The translations under genes and the position numbers were made by a program. From the NCBI GenBank assembly GCA_041738655.1, contig JBGSPJ010000169.1:1-55869 (forward strand): a DNA stretch of 55,869 nucleotides, read 5' to 3'. The notes beneath the pieces were generated by a model, which saw only the letters and a program-made list of their open reading frames with translations, was not told the DNA's origin and did no database searches. This stretch comes from Rhodothermales bacterium. GTDB lineage: Bacteria > Bacteroidota > Rhodothermia > Rhodothermales > JAHQVL01. Shown here one piece after another: positions 19,800-29,476 of the stretch; position 1 is the first letter of the stretch, and each line of letters begins with the position of its first letter.

Positions 19800-20357
19800 A
19801 TGGCCGACACTGTCTTCGAGGATTGGACCCGACGACTCCGCGCCGCGGACCCGTCCGCGCTCGATGAGTTGATGGCCGCCTGGCATCAACCGCTGCTTCG
19901 CTATGCGGCCCAACTCACGGGTGACCGCGACGCCGCCTACGATGTCATGCAGGAGACGTTTATCAAACTCTGGCGCCTGCGTGCGACGCTCGATCCATCG
20001 CGCTCGCTCAAGGCGCTGATCTACCGAATCGTGTACACGCTCGCACTCAACCAGAACCGTATGAAAAAGCGCGAATCGGCGGCCATGGCCGCGCTGGCGA
20101 ACGAGTCGCCGGCTTCGAACCGCTCGGTTTCGGAAGACCTGGATGCACGTCAACTCAACGAGGCCATGACCAGTTGGATCGCGGAAATGCCGCCGCGCCG
20201 GCAGGAAGCCTTCCGTCTCAGCCGGTTTGAAGGGCTCAGCCACGACGAAATCGCTCAGGTCATGGACCTGTCCCCCGAGACGGTGACCAAACACATCGTG
20301 CTGGCACTCCAGTCCCTGCGCGATCGCCTTCGGCAGTATCAACTGGGAGGATCATGA
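19800..20357 (+). CDS. ECF-type RNA polymerase sigma-70 factor
   Basis: Region 2 (RDAAYDVMQETFIKLW) and region 4 HTH (LSHDEIAQVMDLSPETVTKHI) are present. 4-nt overlap with the downstream FecR gene. Confidence 0.85.
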   Translation: MADTVFEDWTRRLRAADPSALDELMAAWHQPLLRYAAQLTGDRDAAYDVMQETFIKLWRLRATLDPSRSLKALIYRIVYTLALNQNRMKKRESAAMAALANESPASNRSVSEDLDARQLNEAMTSWIAEMPPRRQEAFRLSRFEGLSHDEIAQVMDLSPETVTKHIVLALQSLRDRLRQYQLGGS

Positions 20358-21340
20358 ACGACAAACACACCCACGGATTCGAGCCGGCCGATGATGCGTT
20401 GCCATCTGACGTAAAGACCTGGCTTCAGGCCCATGCCGAAGACCCCGGTGGTGAACTCGAACAGGTCTGGCACATGGCGCGAGGCGCCCACGAGCCAACG
20501 CCGGCTCCCGACGAAGCGCGATTCGCCGCCCTCCGCGCGACGGTCCTGGCCGAAGCTCAACAACAGCCCCGCACCACCGCTCCAGACCGGGCGCCACGGC
20601 CTGCATCACTCGCACGGATGCGCCGTGTGGGGATCACGACGGCGGTGGTGACTCTCTCTCTCTTGAGTTTCGCGTTATGGCTATGGCCGGTAACACTCGT
20701 CGCACCCGCCGGCGAACGACTCGCCGCGACATTGCCGGATGGATCCAGGGTAGACTTAAACAGCGGAAGCCACCTCACCTACCGCCGCACCTTCGGCTGG
20801 CGCTCGCGCGATGTAGTGCTCGACGGCGAAGGCTTCTTCGATGTGATCCACGACGACACGCCATTCACGGTAGCCACGTTTAACGGAACCGTGACCGTGC
20901 TCGGAACACGCTTCAACGTCCGCGCCTGGCCAGACGAGGAACATCCCGAAACCGTGGTTGTGCTGCAGACTGGAAGCGTGTTATTCGCCGCACAACAACG
21001 CCCCGATGCGGCGGTAAAGCTTGCGCCAGGGCACATGAGCCGGCTGGTTGGATCCGATGTGCCGACCATCCCCGAGCCGATCGACGTAGAACAGCGCATC
21101 AACTGGCGCGATGGGGGGATCACGTTCATCGATCAGCCGATCGGCGCTGTGCTGGATGAACTCGAACGCCGTTTTGCGACAGAGGTCGTCGCTTCGCCGG
21201 CATCCCTTCGCGAGGTGCGCATCAGCCTGCTCCTGAACGACGTCCGGGATGCCGAGCAGGTGCTTTCGACCATTTCACGCATCCGGGGATACCGCTATCA
21301 ACCGACAGCGGACGGATTCCTGATGACAGCTCCCGATTGA
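20354..21340 (+). CDS. FecR-family transmembrane anti-sigma factor
   Basis: Single TM segment VGITTAVVTLSLLSFALWLW. FecR domain LPDGSRVDLNSGSHLTY...GEGFFDV...PFTVATFNGTVTVLGTRFNVRAW. Confidence 0.8.
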   Translation: MNDKHTHGFEPADDALPSDVKTWLQAHAEDPGGELEQVWHMARGAHEPTPAPDEARFAALRATVLAEAQQQPRTTAPDRAPRPASLARMRRVGITTAVVTLSLLSFALWLWPVTLVAPAGERLAATLPDGSRVDLNSGSHLTYRRTFGWRSRDVVLDGEGFFDVIHDDTPFTVATFNGTVTVLGTRFNVRAWPDEEHPETVVVLQTGSVLFAAQQRPDAAVKLAPGHMSRLVGSDVPTIPEPIDVEQRINWRDGGITFIDQPIGAVLDELERRFATEVVASPASLREVRISLLLNDVRDAEQVLSTISRIRGYRYQPTADGFLMTAPD

Positions 21341-21341
21341 A

Positions 21342-23132
21342 ATGAACAGGCGCATCATGAAGACGATACCTCTCCTCGGTTTTTTGCTGATCACCCTCGG
21401 ATTCCGGGCAGCCATCCCGTCCCTGTCCTCCGCGCAGACCCTGCGCGATGCCTCCACCCCATCCCTGGAAGACGCCGTCCTCGAACTGGCCGAATCGCGC
21501 CAGCTCCAGCTGGCGTACGCGCCCGAACTGCTTGCGCAGAAGCAGTCTGGATGCGCCGAACTCCCGGTCGACACCATGGCTGCCTTCGCGTGCATCCTGC
21601 AGGGCACCGGACTGGAGGTAGAGGCCACAGCCGGCGATGTGTATGTCATCTATGCGCCATCCCTCACGTCATCCAACCAGACACGTCTTAGTTCGGGAAC
21701 GATCGCCGGTGCCATATTCACAGCCTCAGGAGGGAAACCCATCGCTGGCGCCCACATCCAGATCACGGACACCGACAACGGTGACGCCAGTGGCCCGGAT
21801 GGCCGATATGCGATTACCCATGTCCCTCCGGGCCATTATGGCGTCGTCGTCTCGATGGTCGGCTTCCAGTCTAGATGGATCGATGACGTGAATGTACGCC
21901 CCGGACAGACGGTCATTGTGGATGCTGTATTGGACGAGGCCACCCTGCCGCTCAATGAACTAGTCGTAACGTCCCACCCGGAAAACACCCCGGGGCGGAT
22001 CGATCTTGGGCCGGTGTCGATCGGGGCGCAAGACGTTCAGATCGGCCCCGTATCAGCCGGCATTCTCGTCAGTGCGCGTCCGGAATCCGTTCGGGGCGTC
22101 CAGGTGAGCGGTATCGGCAGCATGGTGCGCGATTCACTCGAAGGCATCCAGATCTCGGGCATCTTCAACACCGCTGTCCATCCCTCGCATGGCGTCCAGG
22201 TGGGAGGTATTTTTAATATGATTGACGGCTCCCTGGAAGGCGTCCAATTGAGCAGCATCATGAACGGGTTGAACGACGGCCTGATCGGTGTGCAGCTGGC
22301 CGGCGTAGCCAACCTGGCCAATGGCTCGGTGCTCGGAGTGCAAGGGAGTGCAACACTGAATCTGGCGACGGGCATGGCGACCGGCGTGCAACTCGCGGGA
22401 ATGCTCAATATCGCCGGCGATCGCGTCCTCGGTGTCCAGGGTGCGGGGATGCTCAACAATTCGGGGGACCTGGTCGGGCTGCAGGCCTCCGGCATAGGGA
22501 ATTTCGCCCGCTCAACACGTGGTCTCCAGGTCTCCGGCATCGCTAACGTGGCGGCTGGCGAACTGGTCGGCGCGCAGATCTCGCTGTTGAATGTGGCCGG
22601 CCCCACACGCGGCGTGCAAATCGGCCTCGTCAACTTCGCCGAGTCGCTGGATGGCCTCCCACTTGGCCTCGTCAGTTATGTCCGGGAGTTCGGGTTGCGC
22701 TACGATGTGCTCGCCGACGAAACCGGCACGGTATCCACCGTCCTTCGAAGCGGCAACCGGCGGTTTGCCAACTATCTTGGATTCAGCGCCCGGCCTGCAG
22801 GCATTGCATCCAGCGCCTCGGCCATCGTCGGCTTCGGAATCTCATTGGTAGACGGCCGCCGGTTTCATCACACCATCGATGCCCTTATTCAAGGTACCGG
22901 CGGGGACCAGGAACCCGTAGAGCAACGCATCCAGCTCCGCGCGCTGGTGGGATTCAAGCTCCTCCCGCATATCGACATCGTCGCCGGCCCGACGCTGAAC
23001 CTGCTCGTCGACTCCAATGCCGCCACCCGGCTCCCCATTCCCTGGCGCCTGGCTTCGGGCGACCGGGGACGCTTTTCCTTCACCCTATGGCCCGGCATGG
23101 CGCTCGGGCTGAGGCTCTCGACGCGCGGCTGA
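21342..23132 (+). CDS. Secreted STN + CarboxypepD_reg protein with about 12 tandem 16-residue G-x-Q repeats and a beta-rich C-terminus
   Basis: Signal peptide. STN-like segment LEDAVLELAESRQLQLAYAPELL...ILQGTGLEVEATAGDVYVIY. CarboxypepD_reg GTIAGAIFTASGGKPIAGAHIQITDTDNGDASGPDGRYAITHVPPGHYGVVVSMVGF. Repeats GVQVSGIGSMVRDSLE / GIQISGIFNTAVHPSH / GVQVGGIFNMIDGSLE and so on. Confidence 0.7.
   Translation: MNRRIMKTIPLLGFLLITLGFRAAIPSLSSAQTLRDASTPSLEDAVLELAESRQLQLAYAPELLAQKQSGCAELPVDTMAAFACILQGTGLEVEATAGDVYVIYAPSLTSSNQTRLSSGTIAGAIFTASGGKPIAGAHIQITDTDNGDASGPDGRYAITHVPPGHYGVVVSMVGFQSRWIDDVNVRPGQTVIVDAVLDEATLPLNELVVTSHPENTPGRIDLGPVSIGAQDVQIGPVSAGILVSARPESVRGVQVSGIGSMVRDSLEGIQISGIFNTAVHPSHGVQVGGIFNMIDGSLEGVQLSSIMNGLNDGLIGVQLAGVANLANGSVLGVQGSATLNLATGMATGVQLAGMLNIAGDRVLGVQGAGMLNNSGDLVGLQASGIGNFARSTRGLQVSGIANVAAGELVGAQISLLNVAGPTRGVQIGLVNFAESLDGLPLGLVSYVREFGLRYDVLADETGTVSTVLRSGNRRFANYLGFSARPAGIASSASAIVGFGISLVDGRRFHHTIDALIQGTGGDQEPVEQRIQLRALVGFKLLPHIDIVAGPTLNLLVDSNAATRLPIPWRLASGDRGRFSFTLWPGMALGLRLSTRG
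22095..22679 (+). repeat. In-frame tandem array with 48-nt (16-codon) period inside CDS 21342..23132
   Basis: Protein residues 252-446 are 12-13 consecutive units of consensus G-[VIL]-Q-h-[SA]-G-h-x-N-x7. The units are diverged at the DNA level, so this is a protein repeat and not a CRISPR or satellite. Confidence 0.8.
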
Positions 23133-23244
23133 TCGCGCCGCGTTGAATCTCGCCGGCTCGACCACGCCGGCGTCGCTTCCTGCTTCTACTCACGACGGAC
23201 GCTTTCCGCCGCACGGGCTTCGTGCGTCCGCGGGGGACATCCTC

Positions 23245-25503
23245 ATGCCCAAAAACATCATGAAACGCTGTTCGATCGTCATTATCACACTGGTATGCAG
23301 CATGCTCTGTACGGCAGAGGTGCTCGCACAGGGTACGATTCACGGCTATGTAACCGATGCCTCTTCCGGCGAGACGTTGCTCATGGCCAACGTGGTTATA
23401 GCCGGCACAGCCCAGGGGGCGGCCACCAATACGGTCGGCTACTACATGCTTTCCGGCCTCACGGAAGGCGACTACATCCTCTCCTTCTCCTATGTCGGCT
23501 ACACCACGCAACGGGTGCCAGTATCGCTCCGCGCAGGAAGCAACCCGCGGATCGACATCGCCTTGCAGCTGGATCGTGTCGTTGGTGAGGAGGTAATCGT
23601 CACGGCTGACCGAGAAGAGGAAGAGGAACGGACGCGGCTGGGCGTCAACCGGATGCCGGCGCAGCTCGTCATGCAGTTGCCGGCGGTGTTCGAAGCCGAC
23701 CTCTTCCGTTCATTGCATCTCCTGCCAGGCATCAAGGCGTCGAGCGACTTCTCCAGCGGCCTCCTGATTCGCGGAGGCAGTCCGGACCAGACGCTCATCT
23801 TGCTCGACCGGACCACGGTGTACAATCCCTCCCACTTTTTCGGTCTCTTTTCCTCCTTCAATCCGGATGCGATCAAAGACGTACAGGTCTTCAAAGGGAG
23901 TTACCCGGCCCGGTACGGCGGCCGGCTCGGCTCGGTCGTGGATATCTACAACAAAGATGGCAACCGCGAACGCATGGCCGGTGCGGTCAGCCTCGGGCTC
24001 CTCGCCTCACGCGCCTCGATCGAGGGACCGTTCAAACACGGCTCCTGGATGTTCGCCGCCAGACGCTCAACCCTCGAACCGATCCTCTCCGCACTCCGCT
24101 CCTCGGACGACGGCATCCCCGACGCGTTTTATTTTTATGATATAAACGCCAAGATCAACCTGGACGCCGGCCCAAAGAATCGCTTTTCCCTCGCCTCGTA
24201 CGCCGGCCTGGATAAGCTCAGCATGTCCCCGGTGCCGGATTTCAGGATGGACCTCCCGTACGGAAACCGCACCGGCTCGTTTATCTGGACCCACCTCTTT
24301 TCCCACAACCTCTTCGCCACCTATGCCCTGACCGGCTCGCGATACTTCAGCAACCCCGATCTCTCTATCGGCGGCAGCCCCTTCTCTCGTCGAAACGAGG
24401 TGACGGATCTCGGCTTCAAAGCCGACCTGGAGTATGCACCGGGCGAGCGACACCACCTCGAAGCGGGGCTCTGGGCCGGCGATCTCACGCTCGAACTCCG
24501 CGACCGGGGTGAAGGGGAAGGCAACTTCGACCTGCGTACACGCTCCGCCTACTCATCCGCTTACCTGCAGGATACCTGGCGGCCCAATACCTTCTGGAGC
24601 CTCAAAACCGGTCTCCGCGCGCAATGGTACGCCTCCGACGAGGCGATCCGCCTCGAACCGCGTGTCACCGTGGATGCGTTTATCACGCCCAACCTCCGCG
24701 CTCAGGCCGCTTACGGGCGGTACTACCAGCATCTGACTCTTGCCTCCTTCTTTGCGATATCGGCCATGGATATCTGGCTCGCGGCCGGCGACGGCGTGCC
24801 GCCGGCGTGGGGCGATCAGTTTGGACTGGGAATCAAAACCACGTCGAGCCACGGCTACCGCCTCGAAATCGAAGGCTACGCCCGGACGATGAACGACCTG
24901 TTCGAGCTCGACCCCAACCTACAGGATCCGGTTGGCCTGCCCTACGCCAGCTATTTCCGAAATGGCGAAGGAAAGGCCTACGGGGCCGAAATCATGCTCG
25001 AAAAGACGGAAGGACCGCTCTCCGGGTTTGTGGCTTATACCTACAGCCGCTCCTGGCGCCGCTTCCCGGATGCGAACGGCGGAGACTACTTCCCTTCCCG
25101 CTACGAACGCGTGCACGACCTCAACCTGGTGATGCAGTACAGGCTCTCCAGGCGCTGGCAGACGACACTCGCGTTTGTCTACGCCGGCGGACAACCGTAC
25201 ACCCGCGCCCTCGGCCGTGCGCAATACCAGGATCCCTTCAATTCCGTCCCGTTCGACGATATCATCGTCGGCCGCACGAACGCTTCCCGTCTGCCAGGCT
25301 ACCACCGGCTGGACATCGGCTTTACCCGAAAAGGGCGGTTCTTCGGCCTCGCCGAGTCGGAATTCCAGATCCAGGCCATCAACCTCTATAACCGCCGGAA
25401 CGTCTGGTTTTACGACTATGATTTCGAGCAAAACCCCGTCGTCTCCGATCCTGTGCAGATGCTCCCGCTCCTGCCCAATGCCAGCCTCACGGTGAAGTTT
25501 TAA
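23245..25503 (+). CDS. TonB-dependent receptor with N-terminal CarboxypepD_reg domain and no STN domain
   Basis: Start moved to the ATG at 23245 (MPKNIMKRCSIVIITLVCSMLCTAEVLAQ); 23260 is also possible. CarboxypepD_reg GTIHGYVTDASSGETLLMANVVIAG. Plug region LLPGIKASSDFSSGLLIRGGSPDQTLILLDRTTVYNPSH. The C-terminal ...LLPNASLTVKF ends in an aromatic residue. Confidence 0.85.
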   Translation: MPKNIMKRCSIVIITLVCSMLCTAEVLAQGTIHGYVTDASSGETLLMANVVIAGTAQGAATNTVGYYMLSGLTEGDYILSFSYVGYTTQRVPVSLRAGSNPRIDIALQLDRVVGEEVIVTADREEEEERTRLGVNRMPAQLVMQLPAVFEADLFRSLHLLPGIKASSDFSSGLLIRGGSPDQTLILLDRTTVYNPSHFFGLFSSFNPDAIKDVQVFKGSYPARYGGRLGSVVDIYNKDGNRERMAGAVSLGLLASRASIEGPFKHGSWMFAARRSTLEPILSALRSSDDGIPDAFYFYDINAKINLDAGPKNRFSLASYAGLDKLSMSPVPDFRMDLPYGNRTGSFIWTHLFSHNLFATYALTGSRYFSNPDLSIGGSPFSRRNEVTDLGFKADLEYAPGERHHLEAGLWAGDLTLELRDRGEGEGNFDLRTRSAYSSAYLQDTWRPNTFWSLKTGLRAQWYASDEAIRLEPRVTVDAFITPNLRAQAAYGRYYQHLTLASFFAISAMDIWLAAGDGVPPAWGDQFGLGIKTTSSHGYRLEIEGYARTMNDLFELDPNLQDPVGLPYASYFRNGEGKAYGAEIMLEKTEGPLSGFVAYTYSRSWRRFPDANGGDYFPSRYERVHDLNLVMQYRLSRRWQTTLAFVYAGGQPYTRALGRAQYQDPFNSVPFDDIIVGRTNASRLPGYHRLDIGFTRKGRFFGLAESEFQIQAINLYNRRNVWFYDYDFEQNPVVSDPVQMLPLLPNASLTVKF

Positions 25504-25541
25504 TAGCTCCTCCAGGTCTTCCATCCCATTTAGCCAACACC

Positions 25542-26402
25542 ATGCATCCTACTCGCCTCTTCCTCCTCCTGGCGTTGCTCGCCGGCTGCGACACCTACAC
25601 CCAGGACACCTTCCAGCCCGACTATGTCGTCGAGGCCTACCTCATCGCCGGCGAGCCGTTGCCGCTCATTCGCCTCTCGACCACCGCACCCATCGATTCC
25701 GAGTACAGCCTCGACGAGCAACACGTTCGCCAGGCGGATATCGTTGTGTCCCTACTTGATGAGGCCGGCGGTGTCGCGAATTACCACTATGCAGAAACGC
25801 CGGCGGGTGTTTACGTGCCCGTCGAACCCACACCGACCGTTCTAGCCGGCCGGCGATATGCGTTGGAGATCACGACCGCGGACGGCCAGCACATCGCAGC
25901 CGGGACGCAGGTGCCGGGGGATTTCGACCTGTTCGCTCCGCCGCGTGATACGATTGTCTACCAGCAGGAATCCACCTTCCAGGTCGAGGTTACTGAAAGT
26001 TCGTATCCGGACCGCTCGGCGATCTACATCCTCAAGCTTCGTGCGGGCGATACGACCCAGGCGCTCACGCCGCTGTATGCCAGCTGGGTCGAAGACGAAG
26101 AGGTCACGCGGGAGGAGTTGATCGACAACAACTCCGGCATCCTCAACGAGGCCAACTTCGAGCGGGTGGATGAGCGCCGGCTTCGGGTCGTGTTGCCCTG
26201 GATCGCGGTCGCCTATTACGGGGAAAACGAGGTGGTCGTAGACGCCATCGACGATAACCTGTACGATTTCGTACGTACCCGCGAGGACAACGGCACCCGC
26301 CCATTTGGCGAACGCGAGAATAGCGTGGATCACATCGATGGAGGCCGCGGGATATTCGGCAGCCTGGCTCGCCGGCATGTGCCGATCTACATCAGCCCAT
26401 GA
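25542..26402 (+). CDS. DUF4249-family lipoprotein (usual partner of this TonB-receptor type)
   Basis: Lipobox LLALLAGC. Size, position immediately after a CarboxypepD_reg TBDR, and the VVEAYLIAGEPLPLIRLS pattern fit DUF4249. Confidence 0.6.
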   Translation: MHPTRLFLLLALLAGCDTYTQDTFQPDYVVEAYLIAGEPLPLIRLSTTAPIDSEYSLDEQHVRQADIVVSLLDEAGGVANYHYAETPAGVYVPVEPTPTVLAGRRYALEITTADGQHIAAGTQVPGDFDLFAPPRDTIVYQQESTFQVEVTESSYPDRSAIYILKLRAGDTTQALTPLYASWVEDEEVTREELIDNNSGILNEANFERVDERRLRVVLPWIAVAYYGENEVVVDAIDDNLYDFVRTREDNGTRPFGERENSVDHIDGGRGIFGSLARRHVPIYISP

Positions 26403-26415
26403 AGCCGGTCTATCC

Positions 26416-29301
26416 TCAGGCAAGCAGCGGCTTCAGGAACACGCCCGTTACACTGCCTGGATTTTCGGCGAGGCTCTCAGGGGTGCCCTCTGCGGAGATG
26501 AACCCTCCCCGAATGCCGCCCTCGGGCCCCAGCTCGATCAACCAGTCGGCGCTCTTGATCACATCCAGGTTGTGTTCGATGATGATCACGGAGTGGCCGG
26601 CCTCCACCAGCGCCTGAAACGCCCCGAGCAGTTTCGCGATATCGTCGAAATGCAATCCGGTGGTTGGTTCGTCGAACAGATAGAGCGTCCGCTCCTGCGT
26701 CGTTTTTCCCAGGTGCGCCGCCAGCTTGATGCGCTGCGCCTCGCCGCCGGAGAGGGTGTTCGCCGGCTGTCCGAGCGTCAGGTACCCGAGGCCTATCTGC
26801 CGAAGCACGGCCAACTTGTCGACGAGCCCGGTGTGGCCGGCGAAGAACACCACGGCCTCGTCAACGGTCATGTCCAGGATGTCAGCAACGTTTTTACCCT
26901 TGTAGGTGATCTCGAGCGTATCCTGCTTGTACCGCTTCCCCTTGCACGCCTCGCACTCGAGATATAGGTCCGCCAGGAACTGCATCTCGATCTTCACGAT
27001 GCCCTCCCCCTGACAGGTCTCGCAGCGACCGCCCGGAACGTTAAATGAGAAATAGCCCGGCCGAAGCCCGCGGATCCGCGCCTGGGACGTTGCCGCCAGC
27101 AATTCCCGAATCGCGTCGAACGCCTTGATATATGTTACCGGGTTCGACCGCGGCGAACGGCCGATCGGGCTCTGGTCCACCATCTCGACGGTTGTAACCA
27201 GGTGGTGCCCCTCGATCAGGTCGTGTTTGCCAATCCCCGACTCGCCGTCGTGCTCCCCCTTGAGCCGTCGCAAGCCCTGGTACAACGTATCGTGTACAAG
27301 TGTGGACTTTCCCGAACCGCTCACACCGGTCACACACGTCACCATCCCGAGCGGAAAAGTCGCGTCGATCCGCTTCAGGTTGTGCTGTCGTGCATTACGC
27401 ACCACGAGGACATCCTCCGGATTCACCTGACGGCGAACAGAGGGCGGTTCAATCCGCTTGCGACTGCTCAGGTACGCCCCGGTTAGCGAAACCTCATCCA
27501 CCAGGATCTCAGGATAGGTCCCCTGAAACATTACGGCCCCTCCGAGCTTCCCCGAACCGGGCCCCAGGTCCACGATCTGATCCGCGTGCCGCATCATCTC
27601 GGCTTCGTGTTCGACCACGATCACGGTATTCCCAATATCGCGAAGGTGCTCCAGAATCCTGATCAAACGGCCGGTGTCGCGCGGATGCAACCCGATCGAC
27701 GGCTCATCGAGCACATACAATGATCCCACCAGCGATGAACCCAGCGACGTGGCGAGGTTGATGCGCTGGCTCTCGCCACCTGAGAGCGTCTGCGAGAGGC
27801 GGTCGAGGGTGAGGTAATCCAGGCCGACCTCTACGAGGTATTTCAGCCGCTTTCGGATCTCCTCCAACAGCCGGCCGGCGACCTCCTCCTCGTACGGAGT
27901 CAGCAGCAGCTTGTCGAAAAACACCGCGGCATCCCTGGTGGTCAGTTCGCAGATCTCGCCGATATGGTGGCCGGCTACCCGCACGTACAGAGCTTCCTTA
28001 CGCAGTCGATAGCCGTTACACTCCGGACACCGCATGTAGCCGCGGTACCGCGAGTGGAAGATGCGGTAGTGCATCTTGTAGGCGTTTTTCTCGAGATACT
28101 GGAAGAAGCCGTTGATGCCGGCGTACGCTCCCTTGCCATTCCAAACCAGCTGTTTGGCCGACGCCGAGAGTAACGTGTAGGGCATGTCCAGGTCGATCTT
28201 CTCCTCGGACGCCATGCGGACCAGGTCCTTGAAATACGTGCCCCACTTGGCCGACCGAAACGGCGCCACGGCCTGTTGTCGGATCGAAAGCTCCGGGTTG
28301 GGGATGATCAGGTCCTCGTCCAGCCCCTGCACCCGGCTGAACCCCTGGCATTTCTTGCACGCCCCGACGGGATTATTAAACGAAAATAGATGCGGTGTCG
28401 GCTCCTCGAATCGCATCCCGTCGCGGTCGAACGTCTCGCTGAATGTCAACGTCGAGCCGTCCCTGCCTTTGATCACGCATCGACCCCCGCCTTCGCGAAA
28501 CGCCAGCTCGATCGAGTCCGCCGTGCGAGAAAGCGTCGGCTCATCCCCCTGCTTCACCGCGAGCCGGTCCACCAGCACCAGGAGTCGTTCCCGCGCCGTA
28601 CGCACGGAGTCCGGCGCGGTCTCGTTGAGGTCGATGATCGTCTCTTCCCCGCCGGACTGCGCCTTTTTGTCTGTCGGTAGCGCCAGGATGCGGAAGAAGC
28701 CGCGTTGCTTGAGGGCCTCCAACTCTTTCTTCGCCGGCACCCCTTTCCGCTCTGGCACCGGGAAGCAGAGATAAAAGCGTGTGCCATCGGGCAGCTGCTT
28801 TTCGATAGCCTCGGCCGCCGAGCGGGGTGAGTCCTTTGTTACTTCCTGTCCGCTCACCGGGGAGATCGTCTTCCCGATACGGGCAAAGAGCAACCGCAGG
28901 TGATCGTAGATCTCCGTCTGCGTCGCCACGGTCGATCGTGGGTTACGCGAGGTCGTTTTCTGTTCGATGGCGATCGCCGGCGCCAGCCCCGTGATCAGAT
29001 CCACATCCGGCTTATCCATCCGCTCCAGAAACTGGCGGGCGTACGCACTCAGGCTCTCGACATACCGCCGCTGCCCCTCTGCATAGATGGTGTCGAACGC
29101 GAGAGACGACTTCCCCGAACCGGAGGGCCCCGTAAACACGATCAACTTGCCCCGCGGCAATTCGATGTCGATGTTCTTGAGGTTATGCTGGCGCGCTCCG
29201 CGGATGACGATGCTGCGCCTGGACCGCTCGCGATCCTCGTTCGACGCCCGCGAGGCCGCCGGCGCTTCTGGAAATGGGATGAGGACGGACGCTTCGGACA
29301 T
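26416..29301 (-). CDS. uvrA: Excinuclease ABC subunit A
   Basis: 961 aa. Two ABC ATPase modules ([44 protein letters not shown]; [24 protein letters not shown]) and Zn modules ([16 protein letters not shown]...CEACKGKRY). Confidence 0.97.
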   Translation of the reverse strand: MSEASVLIPFPEAPAASRASNEDRERSRRSIVIRGARQHNLKNIDIELPRGKLIVFTGPSGSGKSSLAFDTIYAEGQRRYVESLSAYARQFLERMDKPDVDLITGLAPAIAIEQKTTSRNPRSTVATQTEIYDHLRLLFARIGKTISPVSGQEVTKDSPRSAAEAIEKQLPDGTRFYLCFPVPERKGVPAKKELEALKQRGFFRILALPTDKKAQSGGEETIIDLNETAPDSVRTARERLLVLVDRLAVKQGDEPTLSRTADSIELAFREGGGRCVIKGRDGSTLTFSETFDRDGMRFEEPTPHLFSFNNPVGACKKCQGFSRVQGLDEDLIIPNPELSIRQQAVAPFRSAKWGTYFKDLVRMASEEKIDLDMPYTLLSASAKQLVWNGKGAYAGINGFFQYLEKNAYKMHYRIFHSRYRGYMRCPECNGYRLRKEALYVRVAGHHIGEICELTTRDAAVFFDKLLLTPYEEEVAGRLLEEIRKRLKYLVEVGLDYLTLDRLSQTLSGGESQRINLATSLGSSLVGSLYVLDEPSIGLHPRDTGRLIRILEHLRDIGNTVIVVEHEAEMMRHADQIVDLGPGSGKLGGAVMFQGTYPEILVDEVSLTGAYLSSRKRIEPPSVRRQVNPEDVLVVRNARQHNLKRIDATFPLGMVTCVTGVSGSGKSTLVHDTLYQGLRRLKGEHDGESGIGKHDLIEGHHLVTTVEMVDQSPIGRSPRSNPVTYIKAFDAIRELLAATSQARIRGLRPGYFSFNVPGGRCETCQGEGIVKIEMQFLADLYLECEACKGKRYKQDTLEITYKGKNVADILDMTVDEAVVFFAGHTGLVDKLAVLRQIGLGYLTLGQPANTLSGGEAQRIKLAAHLGKTTQERTLYLFDEPTTGLHFDDIAKLLGAFQALVEAGHSVIIIEHNLDVIKSADWLIELGPEGGIRGGFISAEGTPESLAENPGSVTGVFLKPLLA

Positions 29302-29476
29302 GCGCGATGGTGACTGGCGTTAAAAACAACCTTCTTCTATGCCGGGAGCCGCGATAAGATGCCGGCCGGCGACGCTATTTCGGCAAACCGGCAAACAAGG
29401 TAAAAAATATGTGTGATATATGACATGTCTTCCCATTTAAACTCCCCTGGATCCTTCTTCTCCCCCCGGTCGTGCG

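Noticed and set aside
22095-22679. Regular 48-nt periodicity as a possible CRISPR array or DNA satellite
   Set aside because: The periodicity is at the protein level only, inside one continuous ORF. The units are diverged in nucleotide sequence, with no repeat-spacer structure.
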